Source: Promethearchaeota archaeon (GTDB lineage Archaea > Asgardarchaeota > Lokiarchaeia > Sigyniarchaeales > SOKP01). Taken from it: DNA of 43,468 nt. The position numbers were made by a program, and so were the translations under genes. Under the pieces are notes generated by a model. It had not been told where the DNA came from, did not search any database, and saw only the letters and a program-made list of their open reading frames with translations. The stretch spans positions 1 to 43,468 of the forward strand of contig JAEOTS010000147.1 in NCBI GenBank assembly GCA_016839745.1. The letters run 5' to 3'. Shown piece by piece: positions 19,599-30,393 of this stretch; the first letter of the stretch is position 1, and each line of letters starts with the position of its first letter.

Positions 19599-22115
19599 AT
19601 GAAAAAAAAACTAATTGTTTGTGCAACTTCTATTATAGTACTAATGATGCTTTTACCTACACAATCCGTCAGCGCACCTGGTCCATTTACTCCTTACGAA
19701 TTTTTGAGTACTAAAGTAACTATTATACGAGATAATTATGGAGTGCCTCATGTATTCGCAAGTACGAAAGAAGGATTAGCTTTTGGTGCTGGTTATGCCA
19801 TCGGTCAAGATCGGTTATGGCAAGCTGATTTATTCCGAAAACAAGCGTTTGGAAACCTTTTTGAATTTGGGATAGGAAGTCATTACGATGATTATGTAAC
19901 AAGATCACAAGGTTACAGTAGAGAAGAACTATTAGAAATTTGGGATAATTGGATACCCTCGTTTCCAGAAGCAAAATTGAAAGAAATGATCCTAGCATAT
20001 AGAGATGGTTTGAACACGTACATTGCAGAAGCTAATGAAGCTCTTGCGAATGGCGATCCGTCACTTATGCCTGCTGAATATCTATCTTTTGGTTTTCCAC
20101 TTGAGCCTTGGGAGGTCGAAGATAGTATTGCTCTTTTTGTAATGATGGCTTGGAGATTTGGAGCAACGGGAGGCGGTGAACTCAGTTATGCTGGTAGATA
20201 TCAAGCCCTTGAATCAATATATGGCCCAGATTTAGCATGGGAAATGTTTAACGATCTTTATCCTCAACAAGATCCTGGATCGGAGGTAACTATTCCAAGC
20301 GGAGCTTATTTCCCTAATTCAGGGGATTCTGAATCCATACCATCTTATCTTCCAAATAATATAGGTGAATCCATACCATCTTATCTTCCAAATAATATAG
20401 GTGAAATTGCCCAAAGTTATGAAGAATTTAGAATGGGGCAGGATATTTTCTTAAGTTCGATGGGTTTACCCACAAAATTCGGGAGTAACGCTTGGGTGGT
20501 TAATTCATGGAAATCTGAAAATGGAAACGCTATGGAAGTAGGAGGTCCCCAAATGGGTCATTCGACACCTCAAATTGTTAGTGAAATCGGATTTCATGGT
20601 GCAGGTATCGATGCGGTTGGGATGATGATGCCTATGGCTCCAACTATTTTAATTGGAGTAAGTCGGTACGGTGCATGGACGTCAACAACTGGGAGTTCAG
20701 ATATTATAGATACGTACATCGAGGTGTTGAATCCTGATAATCAATACCAATATTGGTATAACGGCGGATGGGTGGATATGGAAGTGAGAACGGAAACAGT
20801 ATATGGTCCATTTGGGTCAAATCCTGTAGATTTTCAGATTTATCGCACAGTGCATGGTCCCCTTATTCATCCAGTTCATGGGTGGGATTTGGCAAATAAT
20901 CTTGCTTATACTGTGAAGGTTCCATTCTTTAAAAACGAGATAGACGCCGAAGAAGGATGGATGCTCTTTCAACAATCTAGGTATATCGAGGACATGCAAG
21001 AAGCTGCTAGACGTGTTAAGTTAAGCCATAACTTCTTATGGGTTGATAGGAAGGGAAACTCAGGATATTGGCACTCAGGTACTTACCCAATTAAACCAAC
21101 TTATGGTAAGGATCTTGGAGCTGGTCCACGACTAATTGACGATAGGTTCCCATTATGGGGGACTGGAGAAGAAGAATGGGTTGGTGTCACAGGTTTTGCT
21201 GAGATGCCCAGAGCGATCAATCCATCTCAAGGGTTCATGGCAAACTGGAATAATAAACCAATTGCCGGTTGGCCATATTCAGAGGCAGATTGGGGCGAAG
21301 GACACCGCGTTAAATGGATACAAGAATTATTGGCGGCTGGAGATGACGTAACCTTTGAAGATATGCAAAGAATTAACACGGAAGCGGGGTACAACCACAT
21401 TCCTGGTATGAATTTCCTCCATTACCTTGTGGAAGCCGCAAGCACATCTGCTGATCCGGATGTTATGGAGGTACTACCCTACCTTGAGGGCTGGAATCAC
21501 CGTTATAACGATGAGATAGCTCCAAATTACCCAGATCCTGATGGAACCTACGACGATCCAGGTCTTACAATCTTTAATGCATGGTATGGAAAGATATTTG
21601 GCGAAGTTTTTGATGAAGCCGGTGTAAACGGAGGTTCAAGCACTTTAATTCACGTTTTTGATGGAGCAGATTCTAAATTACCTCTTAATTTCGATTATCT
21701 TAATGGAGAGGATAAAAACGATGTAATAAATCGAGCTTTAAAAATGGCAGTTGTTGATTTAAAGGCAGCAAGAGGCGACGATATCTCAACCTGGCTTACA
21801 CCAGTTATGATAACTTCTCTCTGGTCACAAGGAGCTCTACCCACTCCAAAAATGCATTCTATGAATCGAGGTACCTACAATCACGTAGCTGAAATGCTAA
21901 AAGATAAACGGTGGTACTGGTTATATAAACCTCCACCTCGTGCAGTCAACGTAATTCCACCAGGTCAAAGCGGATTCTTTAGTGCTCTAACTGGACCAAG
22001 TCCTCATGCGTACGATCAGCTAGCGTTATACGATACTTGGACGTATAAACCGCTTCTCTTCGAAGAGATGGACATCAGGAACGTTGCCGAGTCGATTTGG
22101 ACATATTATATGTAG
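19599..22115 (+). CDS. Secreted penicillin acylase family Ntn-hydrolase (peptidase S45)
   Basis: Signal peptide MKKKLIVCATSIIVLMMLLPTQSVSA, IIRDNYGVPHV, QDRLWQ, autoproteolysis site FG|SNAWVV, RTVHGP, ANWNNKP, PPGQSG. Confidence 0.92.
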   Translation: MKKKLIVCATSIIVLMMLLPTQSVSAPGPFTPYEFLSTKVTIIRDNYGVPHVFASTKEGLAFGAGYAIGQDRLWQADLFRKQAFGNLFEFGIGSHYDDYVTRSQGYSREELLEIWDNWIPSFPEAKLKEMILAYRDGLNTYIAEANEALANGDPSLMPAEYLSFGFPLEPWEVEDSIALFVMMAWRFGATGGGELSYAGRYQALESIYGPDLAWEMFNDLYPQQDPGSEVTIPSGAYFPNSGDSESIPSYLPNNIGESIPSYLPNNIGEIAQSYEEFRMGQDIFLSSMGLPTKFGSNAWVVNSWKSENGNAMEVGGPQMGHSTPQIVSEIGFHGAGIDAVGMMMPMAPTILIGVSRYGAWTSTTGSSDIIDTYIEVLNPDNQYQYWYNGGWVDMEVRTETVYGPFGSNPVDFQIYRTVHGPLIHPVHGWDLANNLAYTVKVPFFKNEIDAEEGWMLFQQSRYIEDMQEAARRVKLSHNFLWVDRKGNSGYWHSGTYPIKPTYGKDLGAGPRLIDDRFPLWGTGEEEWVGVTGFAEMPRAINPSQGFMANWNNKPIAGWPYSEADWGEGHRVKWIQELLAAGDDVTFEDMQRINTEAGYNHIPGMNFLHYLVEAASTSADPDVMEVLPYLEGWNHRYNDEIAPNYPDPDGTYDDPGLTIFNAWYGKIFGEVFDEAGVNGGSSTLIHVFDGADSKLPLNFDYLNGEDKNDVINRALKMAVVDLKAARGDDISTWLTPVMITSLWSQGALPTPKMHSMNRGTYNHVAEMLKDKRWYWLYKPPPRAVNVIPPGQSGFFSALTGPSPHAYDQLALYDTWTYKPLLFEEMDIRNVAESIWTYYM
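20330..20405. repeat. In-frame 36-bp perfect tandem duplication (ESIPSYLPNNIG x2)
   Basis: GAATCCATACCATCTTATCTTCCAAATAATATAGGT at 20331-20366 and 20367-20402. Confidence 0.95.
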
Positions 22116-22146
22116 CTAGAAAAAATTTAATTTAAAATATTCAAAA

Positions 22147-22169
22147 TTTTTTTTTTGTATAATTTTTTT
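22147..22169 (+). terminator. T-tract terminator
   Basis: T10 and T7 runs downstream of the acylase stop. Confidence 0.55.
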
Positions 22170-22389
22170 AACTTAGTAGGTTTAGGACTCATATTATCTT
22201 TTATTTGACTTGACAAATAACTATATATATAATTCTGTCTAAAATTTCTTAATTTTTTTATTTTTATATTATTTTTTAACCTGAAAATGTTATTCTAGTT
22301 CGTTATCTTTTTTATAAATTAGTTTAAATAAAAGGAGTTTATCATATACAAAGATTCTTTTTCCTTACATTTTTTATTTAATTGAAATT

Positions 22390-23712
22390 ATGCGTATGAG
22401 TCTCACTAATAAAAAAAAAGAAAAGGTACCAGAACATCACAAATTCACTTCAGATTTTAATTCAGTGATATATATTGTTGTTTGGAATTCACTTGGGTTT
22501 TTTTTTATTGAATTTATTATAGCTTACCTGATCAAACAAGTTTTAAATTATCCCGCTACTAATTTAGGGTTATTTTTTTCATTTATTACCTTGGGAGGTT
22601 TAATCAGCTCTAGTTTCATTGGATATTTATCAGATCATTTTTCCAAGAAAATTCTAGTCATGGTTGGTTCTTTTGGAAGAGGAGCATCTTATTTTGGACT
22701 CTATATCTCTATAATACTGCAATCTTTAACAGGAATGTATATTAGTGCATTTCTCTTAGGTTTAGGAGCATACATATTTTGGAATCCGTTAGACACTATT
22801 ATATCAGAAAAATCTTCAAAATATCATCGTTCATCTGCTTTTGGGAAACGCAGATTCGCGTTAGGGATGGGTATGGTAATTGGCACAATAGTAGGATTTA
22901 CTATATTTAGTATGGCAAATCTATTTGCACCACTTAATAATTTTATAATATATGGTGCAATCCCAATATTTGGAATAGCTAACTTTTACGCAGGTATTCA
23001 ATTTTCACGAAAAGTCGATGAAGAAAAAAAGTTTACTTATCCTGATAATAATGTAGAAAACGATCCATTATTACAACCAGAATTAAAAACTACTAGTCAA
23101 TTTTCTGGGACACCAGCATTACGTATTTATTTATTGGGGATTATTTTGGTATTTTCAGGATTATTCCTTAGTGCAATTAATGTTGGTTTTTATCGCCCTT
23201 ATATTCAACCTTATGTCCTCGAGCATATCAACAGTAATGCTGGATTGGTAGCATGGTTTTATCTTCCCACTTCTGTAATTGGATCTCTTATTGCTCCAAA
23301 ATTAGGTACAATTGCGGATAAGATTAATCCTTATCTTGCAATATCTATTTCTAGCTTTCTTGGGGGAATAGTAACTTGGATGATTATTAATTCAGGAAAT
23401 TTATGGGTTTTTGGTATTTTGCTTGTAATAGATCAAACTATTATGCTTACTACTGGTTTTGTAATGGTAAATGTTTTAAGTCGTGTTTCCATTAAACATC
23501 GGGGAAAGATTTTTGGATTAATTACCTTTCTTGAATCGATCGGAATGATTGTAGGCCCTTTCTTGGGAGGAATTGTGTGGGAGACTGTTAGTCCACAAGC
23601 ACCTTTTATCATTTCAATTATCGTTGAGTGGTCTTTAATTCCATTCTTTATTGTTGGAATTTTGATTCTTAATCCATATCTAGTTGAAACTAAGGCAGAT
23701 AAAAGAAATTGA
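22390..23712 (+). CDS. MFS transporter
   Basis: About 12 hydrophobic segments, motif A (GYLSDHFSKK; GTIADKIN), RGKIFG...GPFLGG. Confidence 0.9.
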   Translation: MRMSLTNKKKEKVPEHHKFTSDFNSVIYIVVWNSLGFFFIEFIIAYLIKQVLNYPATNLGLFFSFITLGGLISSSFIGYLSDHFSKKILVMVGSFGRGASYFGLYISIILQSLTGMYISAFLLGLGAYIFWNPLDTIISEKSSKYHRSSAFGKRRFALGMGMVIGTIVGFTIFSMANLFAPLNNFIIYGAIPIFGIANFYAGIQFSRKVDEEKKFTYPDNNVENDPLLQPELKTTSQFSGTPALRIYLLGIILVFSGLFLSAINVGFYRPYIQPYVLEHINSNAGLVAWFYLPTSVIGSLIAPKLGTIADKINPYLAISISSFLGGIVTWMIINSGNLWVFGILLVIDQTIMLTTGFVMVNVLSRVSIKHRGKIFGLITFLESIGMIVGPFLGGIVWETVSPQAPFIISIIVEWSLIPFFIVGILILNPYLVETKADKRN

Positions 23713-23739
23713 TTCAAAAAGGAGTTATTAGAGAAAATC

Positions 23740-25302
23740 TTAATTATTCAAATGTTCAAACATTTGCTTATTTCTTTTATACACTTTCATAAATTCAGCA
23801 AAGAGTTTTTGATATATTTCGGTAGTATTGGAATTTGGTTCGTATTCTTCCTTTATTTTTATCAAGGGAATCGCTTCTGAGAAGGATTTGAAAATGCCCA
23901 ATCCTACCATTGAAACTATAGCTGAGCCCTTTGCTCCAGCTAAACCTGGTTCTGACAATTGCACTATTTTTCTATCTAAAATATCGGATAAAATTTGGCA
24001 CCAGATTTCGGAATTAGCGCCTCCACCGATAACATTGATCTTTTTAGTTTTACCTATGAGCTTTTCAATAATTTGTAGGGCCCATTTAATGTTATAGCCC
24101 ACTCCTTCATATATCGCGCGAAGCAGATCTTCTCTCGCATGGTTGAGACTTAAATTATAAAAACCTGCCCTGACCTTAGGATCGTTCAGAGGACTTCTTT
24201 CCCCAAACATCCATGGAGTAAATATTAGGTTTTTCGCTCCCACTGGGCTAGATTTAACCATTGAATTTAAATAATCGTACAATCCTTTTACATCTTCTTT
24301 ATAAGTTTCCACTTTATCTTTAAACATTTGATTTATAATCCAATCAAGACAAGCAGCGCCTGTTTCCTGCTTGGAAATACATAGGTAGTTGTCTTGGGAC
24401 GAACTAATGCTTCCAGTATAATGTATAAGATCCTTCAATCTTTCAGATGTATGTGCTGCAACCCAATCAGAAGTTCCTAAGCAAATGATTGGGTGATTAT
24501 CTAAAATCGCTCCAGATCCTATTGCTGCTGAAGTCAAATCTCCAGAGCCAACAAATACTGGGATTCCCTCCACCAAACCGAGCAGTTCTGCAGCATCTCT
24601 GGTTAGATCTCCTGCTTTTTCGACTGACTTTCTGATCTCAGGTAACTTTTCCTTATCAATTTTAAATTTTTTCAGAATTTTTTCAGACCACACGAACTTC
24701 CCGGGATTACTATCCATCATCCAAGAAGTATGGCCTAAATCACGGGAAGTGACTGCTTTTTTGGTACATTTATAAATAATAAAATCCTTCACGCTCAGAA
24801 ACTTATATGTTTTTTTATAGACATCTGGTTTATGCTCTTTAATCCACAAGATATGAGAAATTGGGTCTTTACCGTTCACACCAGGAGCCCCTCCTGTAAC
24901 CTTAATGAACAGGAGTAACTTTCTCAAACCAAATCCTGCAATTTTTATCAATCCTTTTGTAAACTTACGAGTCACGATCGATGCTCTTGTATCTAGCCAA
25001 CTTATACATCTCATTAAAGCGTTTCCTTCTTGGTTGATTGGGATTGTACAGTTCATTTGACAATCGAAAACCATTGCAATAATGTCTTGCTTTATAATAT
25101 CAGCGTTCTGAAAAATTTTATTTGTAGATTTCTTTACCGCATTCCAAAAATCTTCAGGTTCCTGCTCTGCCCAACCTTCTTTTGGATAATAAATAGGATA
25201 GGATACTTTTTCATGATGAATGGCATTCAATTCCAAATCGAAAAGAACAACTTTATCACCTGTTGTTCCCAAATCATGTGACAAAATATATTGATTAGTC
25301 AT
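23740..25302 (-). CDS. FGGY-family carbohydrate kinase (xylulokinase-like)
   Basis: HDLGTTGDK, GWAEQEP, WLDTRA, LGTS, PWMFGERSP, GGGANSEIWCQ. Confidence 0.9.
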   Translation of the reverse strand: MTNQYILSHDLGTTGDKVVLFDLELNAIHHEKVSYPIYYPKEGWAEQEPEDFWNAVKKSTNKIFQNADIIKQDIIAMVFDCQMNCTIPINQEGNALMRCISWLDTRASIVTRKFTKGLIKIAGFGLRKLLLFIKVTGGAPGVNGKDPISHILWIKEHKPDVYKKTYKFLSVKDFIIYKCTKKAVTSRDLGHTSWMMDSNPGKFVWSEKILKKFKIDKEKLPEIRKSVEKAGDLTRDAAELLGLVEGIPVFVGSGDLTSAAIGSGAILDNHPIICLGTSDWVAAHTSERLKDLIHYTGSISSSQDNYLCISKQETGAACLDWIINQMFKDKVETYKEDVKGLYDYLNSMVKSSPVGAKNLIFTPWMFGERSPLNDPKVRAGFYNLSLNHAREDLLRAIYEGVGYNIKWALQIIEKLIGKTKKINVIGGGANSEIWCQILSDILDRKIVQLSEPGLAGAKGSAIVSMVGLGIFKSFSEAIPLIKIKEEYEPNSNTTEIYQKLFAEFMKVYKRNKQMFEHLNN

Positions 25303-25471
25303 AATGCTTTTTCACTGAGTGATTATTAATAAATATACTATAATTTCTAAAGTATTTTATACTTCTCCTTTTATCTATTTAAAATATAAAGCCAAGTTGT
25401 ACAGATCTTATGTTTTTAAATGTCTTTCCTAAAAGTATTATAAACATCTACTTGATGTGTTACCAAATAAT

Positions 25472-27064
25472 TTAATAACCAACTGCTTGACCGTCCTTTC
25501 TTGGATCGGAAGCTGCAAGATAGCCATCTTCAAGTTTAGATATGATTTGAGCTCCACCAAATTCGAAGTAATGTCCGTTATATACTTGATGACCTAATTT
25601 TTTCAAATGTTCTTGCGTTTCTTTGTTAAAGCCAGGTTCAAGATTAACTTTAAGTCCTTGCATTACCCGCCACCTGGGAGCATCTAACGCCGCTTGAGGG
25701 TTTTGTTCGTACTCAAAAATTCTTACCATCATTTGAGCGTGCCCTTGGGGTTGCATTGAACCTCCCATAACGCCAAAACTCATTAATGGTAATCCGTTTT
25801 TTGTGACAAATGCCGGAATGATGGTGTGATATGGACGCTTTTCAGGTCCAACTTGGTTTGGATGACCCTCGATTAAATTAAATCCGTTACCGCGGTCTTG
25901 TAAACTAATGCCTGTTCCTGGAATAACAATTCCCGAACCAAAACCTAAGTAATTTGATTGAATAAAAGATACCATCATTCCATTAACATCAGCAGTAGCT
26001 AAATAGACGGTATCCCCGGTCTGAGGAATACCAAAATTAAAATGTTGCGCTAATTGTGGATCAATTAGAGCTGATCTTTCTTTCAAATAATTAGGAGCTA
26101 GAGCCCGAGAAGAATCAAATTCCAAATAACTTTTATCAGAAATATAGCGATACGCGTCCGAAAAAGCTAATTTTATCGCTTCTATTTGTAAGTGTATGGA
26201 TTGGGGAGAATCGGGTTCATATTGGTTTAGATCGCAATTCTTTAATATCCCTAATGCTATTAACGCTGCTAATCCTTGGCCATTAGGAGGTAGTTCGTGT
26301 AAAGTTATACCTTTATATTCCATAGTTAGTGGTTTTTCCCAAATTACTTCGTGTTTTTCTAAATCCTCCTGAGTTATCAATCCACCCGCATTTTTAGCGT
26401 GATCTACTATCTTTTTCGCCAATTTTCCACAATAAAAAGATTCTCCTTCAGAATCGGCGATTTCTTTTAAAGTATTTGCTTGTCCTGGATTTTTAAACAA
26501 TTCCCCTGGTCTTGGTGCCCTCCCATTGGGCAGAAAAGTGTCATGAAACTCAGGAAATCTCCGTTGATTATACATTACCGCTAATTGATTCCATAACTTT
26601 GCTGTTATTGGTGACACTAAATATCCATTCTCTGCATATTGAATTGCTGGTTCAAACAACTCTTTAAAATTTAATTGCCCATATTTTTTTGACAGAGCAA
26701 CCCAGGCAGAAACAGCCCCAGGAATCGTCACTGAATCCCATCCCAAAAGGGGCATGGTATTATACTTCGAAAAATGATCTACTGTCCAAGCAGCAGGAGA
26801 TTTACCAGAGGCATTTAATCCAACGATCTTTTTTCCATCCCAAACGATAGCAAAGGCATCGCTTCCAATGCCGTTGTTAACAGGTTCGACCACTGTAAGT
26901 GTTATAGCCGTTGCAATAGCGGCATCAATCGCATTTCCTCCCTTTGTAAGCATAGTTAACCCAGCTTGGCAAGCAAGAGGTTGAGATGTTGAAACAATAT
27001 TTTCAGCTAACACTGGCATTCTTCTAGAAGGATATGGGAACTTCCATTTAAAATAGTCTTCCAA
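25472..27064 (-). CDS. ggt: Gamma-glutamyltransferase family Ntn-hydrolase
   Basis: GGNAIDAAIA, VVEP..GIGSD, cleavage site GD|TVYL, QSNYLGFGSG, KRPYHTIIP, GVMGGSMQPQG, SDPRKDG. Confidence 0.93.
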   Translation of the reverse strand: MEDYFKWKFPYPSRRMPVLAENIVSTSQPLACQAGLTMLTKGGNAIDAAIATAITLTVVEPVNNGIGSDAFAIVWDGKKIVGLNASGKSPAAWTVDHFSKYNTMPLLGWDSVTIPGAVSAWVALSKKYGQLNFKELFEPAIQYAENGYLVSPITAKLWNQLAVMYNQRRFPEFHDTFLPNGRAPRPGELFKNPGQANTLKEIADSEGESFYCGKLAKKIVDHAKNAGGLITQEDLEKHEVIWEKPLTMEYKGITLHELPPNGQGLAALIALGILKNCDLNQYEPDSPQSIHLQIEAIKLAFSDAYRYISDKSYLEFDSSRALAPNYLKERSALIDPQLAQHFNFGIPQTGDTVYLATADVNGMMVSFIQSNYLGFGSGIVIPGTGISLQDRGNGFNLIEGHPNQVGPEKRPYHTIIPAFVTKNGLPLMSFGVMGGSMQPQGHAQMMVRIFEYEQNPQAALDAPRWRVMQGLKVNLEPGFNKETQEHLKKLGHQVYNGHYFEFGGAQIISKLEDGYLAASDPRKDGQAVGY

Positions 27065-27131
27065 AATTTAAGTTACACTTATAATTATTATTTTTTTATT
27101 AATCAAACTTGTAAAGCTATTTATAATTTTA

Positions 27132-27647
27132 TCAATCTCCTTGATAATTAATCAATTCTTTTTCTATCATTTTTATCAATTCGAGAGAAAATGGGATGGA
27201 TTTCGCCAGCACATTGACTAACTGATAGACCTTGTCAAAACCATGCAATTTTTCTATTGAAACCTTATCCCTTTCAATATCTTCTTTAATAGCATTAATT
27301 TTTTTAGCAAATTTTGAGATGTCGTTTGAAAGGTCTCTGAATGAATGAATAAATGCTATGATGGGGTTTTTCATTGTATATGTAATTTCTCCAGTGTTAG
27401 ACACACCAGTCTTTTCGATTAGGTCCAATGAAATTAATTTTCTAATTTCTTGTGATATTGTTCCTCGCGAGAATCCAGTAAGCTCTCGCATTTTTTCTTG
27501 AGTTAAGGATTTTCGAGTAATAAAATAGATTTTAATCGTTATAAAAGTAGTTTTTTGTCCGATAAAAAGGGAATAGGACATTAGGAATTTTAAGATATCC
27601 TTTTCAATCAAATGAATTTCGTTATCAAATTCTTCGATTGTACTCAA
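27132..27647 (-). CDS. GbsR/MarR-like winged-helix regulator (type B, pair 1)
   Basis: LTQEKMRELTGFSRGTISQEIRKL HTH. Overlaps the upstream gene by 4 nt. Confidence 0.8.
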   Translation of the reverse strand: MSTIEEFDNEIHLIEKDILKFLMSYSLFIGQKTTFITIKIYFITRKSLTQEKMRELTGFSRGTISQEIRKLISLDLIEKTGVSNTGEITYTMKNPIIAFIHSFRDLSNDISKFAKKINAIKEDIERDKVSIEKLHGFDKVYQLVNVLAKSIPFSLELIKMIEKELINYQGD

Positions 27648-28426
27648 GTCCTATCCTCCCTCAGCTCTTTTATAAAACTTGATTCTTTAATCTTTTGTAG
27701 CAATTTTACATTGTATTCAAAAAAGTTAATCATTTCAGTTACTCTTTTTGAGAGCGTATCATAACCGTTTTTATCTTTAATTTTGTCTAATTCTTGAACC
27801 TTACTTAATAAGAATTCAATTGCGCGTTCATTAGATTCAGATTTATATGATCCAATGTTAGAGGCGATATCTGCCATGTTAGTTCCTAAGGAGTAAAGAT
27901 ATTCGCGTTTTCCTCCAAAAGGCTCTTTTTTTATCGCAGGAGCACTTGTTAATACCTTTAAACTCTGAGAGATCGCGCCTTTTGAAAACCCTGTTAATTC
28001 TTTAAGTTGTGTTTGAGTTAGACTTCCGTGAAGGAGTAAATAGCCAATAATAGAACCAAAAACAGCGTTCTGACCTTTGATTTTACCGGCATCTACCAGA
28101 ATTTCTATAAGACGTTTCTCGTAAACTCTAACTTTTCCTTCATACACATGTGATTTGCTTTTTAGGTGCTGAGCATAGCGGAGATCAAAAGTTTCTTCCA
28201 TTGCATTCCATAATGCCTCGGTTTCTTCATCGTTAACCTCGAGGTCTTTAAAACTTGTTTTTAATTGATACAAGGATTCATTGTCCCATAATGGATTAGT
28301 AAGGAAATCTTTGATTGTTTCTTTTAAGTAATTAATATTTCTGCCTTTATTTTGACTTAAATATTTTTGAATTATAGCATCCGTTAATTCTAAAATAGGC
28401 TTAAACTTTTCTGAATTAGTTGTCAT
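27644..28426 (-). CDS. GbsR/MarR-like winged-helix regulator (type A, pair 1) with ~90-aa N-terminal extension
   Basis: LTQTQLKELTGFSKGAISQSLKVL HTH, GKREYLY wing. Confidence 0.8.
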   Translation of the reverse strand: MTTNSEKFKPILELTDAIIQKYLSQNKGRNINYLKETIKDFLTNPLWDNESLYQLKTSFKDLEVNDEETEALWNAMEETFDLRYAQHLKSKSHVYEGKVRVYEKRLIEILVDAGKIKGQNAVFGSIIGYLLLHGSLTQTQLKELTGFSKGAISQSLKVLTSAPAIKKEPFGGKREYLYSLGTNMADIASNIGSYKSESNERAIEFLLSKVQELDKIKDKNGYDTLSKRVTEMINFFEYNVKLLQKIKESSFIKELREDRT

Positions 28427-28503
28427 TGATCAAAATTACGAAATTTGGTCATTTAAATTTATAATCCTTAGATAGAATATGGAGATACTTATTTTTAAGT
28501 GTT

Positions 28504-28550
28504 TTCATATTATGTGAATTTTTGGTGTTTCATTTTCACTAAAAATGAAA
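28504..28550. promoter_or_regulatory. Two TTCA-N7-TGAA operators upstream of the ABC operon TATA box
   Basis: TTCATATTATGTGAA (28504-28518) and TTCACTAAAAATGAA (28535-28549). TTTATATA at 28554-28561. Confidence 0.62.
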
Positions 28551-28619
28551 ACATTTATATATGCAAAAATTATTTATTATTATGGTAAAAAAACATTTTT
28601 CAAAAAAGGTGAAAAAAAA

Positions 28620-29576
28620 ATGAGTGCGATCGAAATAAAAAATCTAAAAAAATATTATAATAAAGGAAAAATAAAGGCGGTCGACGGAATTTCGCTTAAA
28701 GTACCAAAAGGAGCAAGATTTGGATTTTTAGGGCCAAACGGTGCAGGAAAGACTACTACGATTAGATGTATTTTAGGATTTCTTAATCCTGATAGTGGAA
28801 TAACAGTAATCAATGGTGAAGAAATTAACCCGAAAAAAGATGTTAAATTTAGAAACCAAATTGGTTACCTTCCAGGTGAGCTTGGGCTCTACAAATACAT
28901 GACCGCAGAACAGTTGATCACATATTTTGCTAAACTATTTGACATCGAAATTGACTGGAAATTCATTAGAGATGTCACGGAAAGACTTGAAATTGAAATG
29001 AATAGGAAAATGGGCGTACTCAGCAAAGGAAACAAGCAGAAAGTAGGTGTTTTAACCGCTTTAATGGGTAAATTCGATATTTTAATTATGGACGAGCCCA
29101 CTTCTGGTCTTGATCCTTTAATGCAATCAGAATTTTATAGAATAATTTCTGAGCGCCAAGAAGAATCTAATTGTACTGCGTTTGTATCTAGTCACGTGCT
29201 TCCAGAAATTGAAAAATTTTGCGATCAAGTTGCAATTATTAGAAACGGTAAAATTGTCGAAGTTTCAAGTGTTCAAGAGCTTAAGAAAAAAAGTCTAAAA
29301 CGGTTTGAACTAGATTTTGAAAATAATACAGGTTTACAGGAATTTAATTCGTTTTTGTCATCCGATTTTCCTAAAGCTATTGTAAAACAGAAATATCAAA
29401 AAAGACTTGAATTTTTACTCCCTTATAACCAATCTCGTGACATATTATCCCATTTAAGCCAAAACAAATGGGCTGGAATGCCTATCAAGGATTTTAATAT
29501 TACACACTCAACCTTAGATAATATATTTCTGGAATATTACAAAGATTCTAATCCAAAAAGAGGTGAAGTTGCTTGA
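28620..29576 (+). CDS. ABC-2 type transporter ATP-binding protein
   Basis: Walker A GPNGAGKT, signature LSKGNKQK, Walker B LIMDEPTSGLD, SSH. Start reassigned to ATG 28620 after GGTGA (28608-28612). Confidence 0.93.
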   Translation: MSAIEIKNLKKYYNKGKIKAVDGISLKVPKGARFGFLGPNGAGKTTTIRCILGFLNPDSGITVINGEEINPKKDVKFRNQIGYLPGELGLYKYMTAEQLITYFAKLFDIEIDWKFIRDVTERLEIEMNRKMGVLSKGNKQKVGVLTALMGKFDILIMDEPTSGLDPLMQSEFYRIISERQEESNCTAFVSSHVLPEIEKFCDQVAIIRNGKIVEVSSVQELKKKSLKRFELDFENNTGLQEFNSFLSSDFPKAIVKQKYQKRLEFLLPYNQSRDILSHLSQNKWAGMPIKDFNITHSTLDNIFLEYYKDSNPKRGEVA

Positions 29577-30388
29577 AGTTAATAAATGCTACTATAAAGG
29601 AAATAAGATATAATCTTAAAGCCATTATAATTCTAGCAGTATGTTTTGGATTATTTTTTTTGGCATTCATGGCTATCTATGATCCTACGCTCTTTGAAGA
29701 CATGGAAGGATTACTTGAGGGTTATCCTGAAGCTATTGTTCAAATGGTTGGGCAATATATCTCATTAACTACATTTGGAGGATTTTTAAACGTATACCTC
29801 TTCTCGATGACTTGGTTTTATTTTGGTTTTTATTTCATAATAAAAGCAGCACAAGATATACCAAAAGAAATCGAAGATAAAACCATTGATATTATTTTAT
29901 CTAAACCTATTAAGCGTTGGAAATTTGTACTAGGTAAATACGTACGCCATGTCACAACCGCGTTAATTCTTGTTGTTTGTTCAAGTCTTGGAGTTCTTAT
30001 CGGTGTTTTAGTCTTTCCAACTATAGTTCCCAGTCAGGTATTTTTAGATGAAATTTATACGGTGTTCCTCTGGCTCTTTATATTTTTGGTTTCAATGATA
30101 AGCACATCGTTATTCTTTTCGACATTTCTACGTTCTAAGCGAGCACTTACCTTAAGTTTTGCGGTTATAATATTCTTTTACATTATAGGTATCTTTTGGG
30201 AAGCATTTCCCGAAGCAGTACATGGTATGAGATTTCTGAGTATCTTTTACTATTTCGAAACTTCAAATTTACTTGTAAACCATGTATGGGATAATGTCCT
30301 CCTTAACATTTTAATTTTAACGGGATATTCAGTTGGTATGTTAGCTCTATCAGTGATAGTATTTAATAAGCGGGATATTCCCGTTTAA
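29573..30388 (+). CDS. ABC-2 type transporter permease
   Basis: Six hydrophobic segments, EIEDKTIDIILSKPIKRWKFVLGK, terminal FNKRDI. GGTGA RBS, 4-nt overlap with ATPase. Confidence 0.92.
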   Translation: MKLINATIKEIRYNLKAIIILAVCFGLFFLAFMAIYDPTLFEDMEGLLEGYPEAIVQMVGQYISLTTFGGFLNVYLFSMTWFYFGFYFIIKAAQDIPKEIEDKTIDIILSKPIKRWKFVLGKYVRHVTTALILVVCSSLGVLIGVLVFPTIVPSQVFLDEIYTVFLWLFIFLVSMISTSLFFSTFLRSKRALTLSFAVIIFFYIIGIFWEAFPEAVHGMRFLSIFYYFETSNLLVNHVWDNVLLNILILTGYSVGMLALSVIVFNKRDIPV

Positions 30389-30393
30389 ATTTT

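Noticed and set aside
19457-19714. 85-aa ORF over the acylase promoter
   Set aside because: Translates the 38-bp promoter duplication and overlaps the acylase in another frame.
28545-28619. Longer start for the ABC ATPase
   Set aside because: Covers the TATA box and leader. GGTGA points to ATG 28620.
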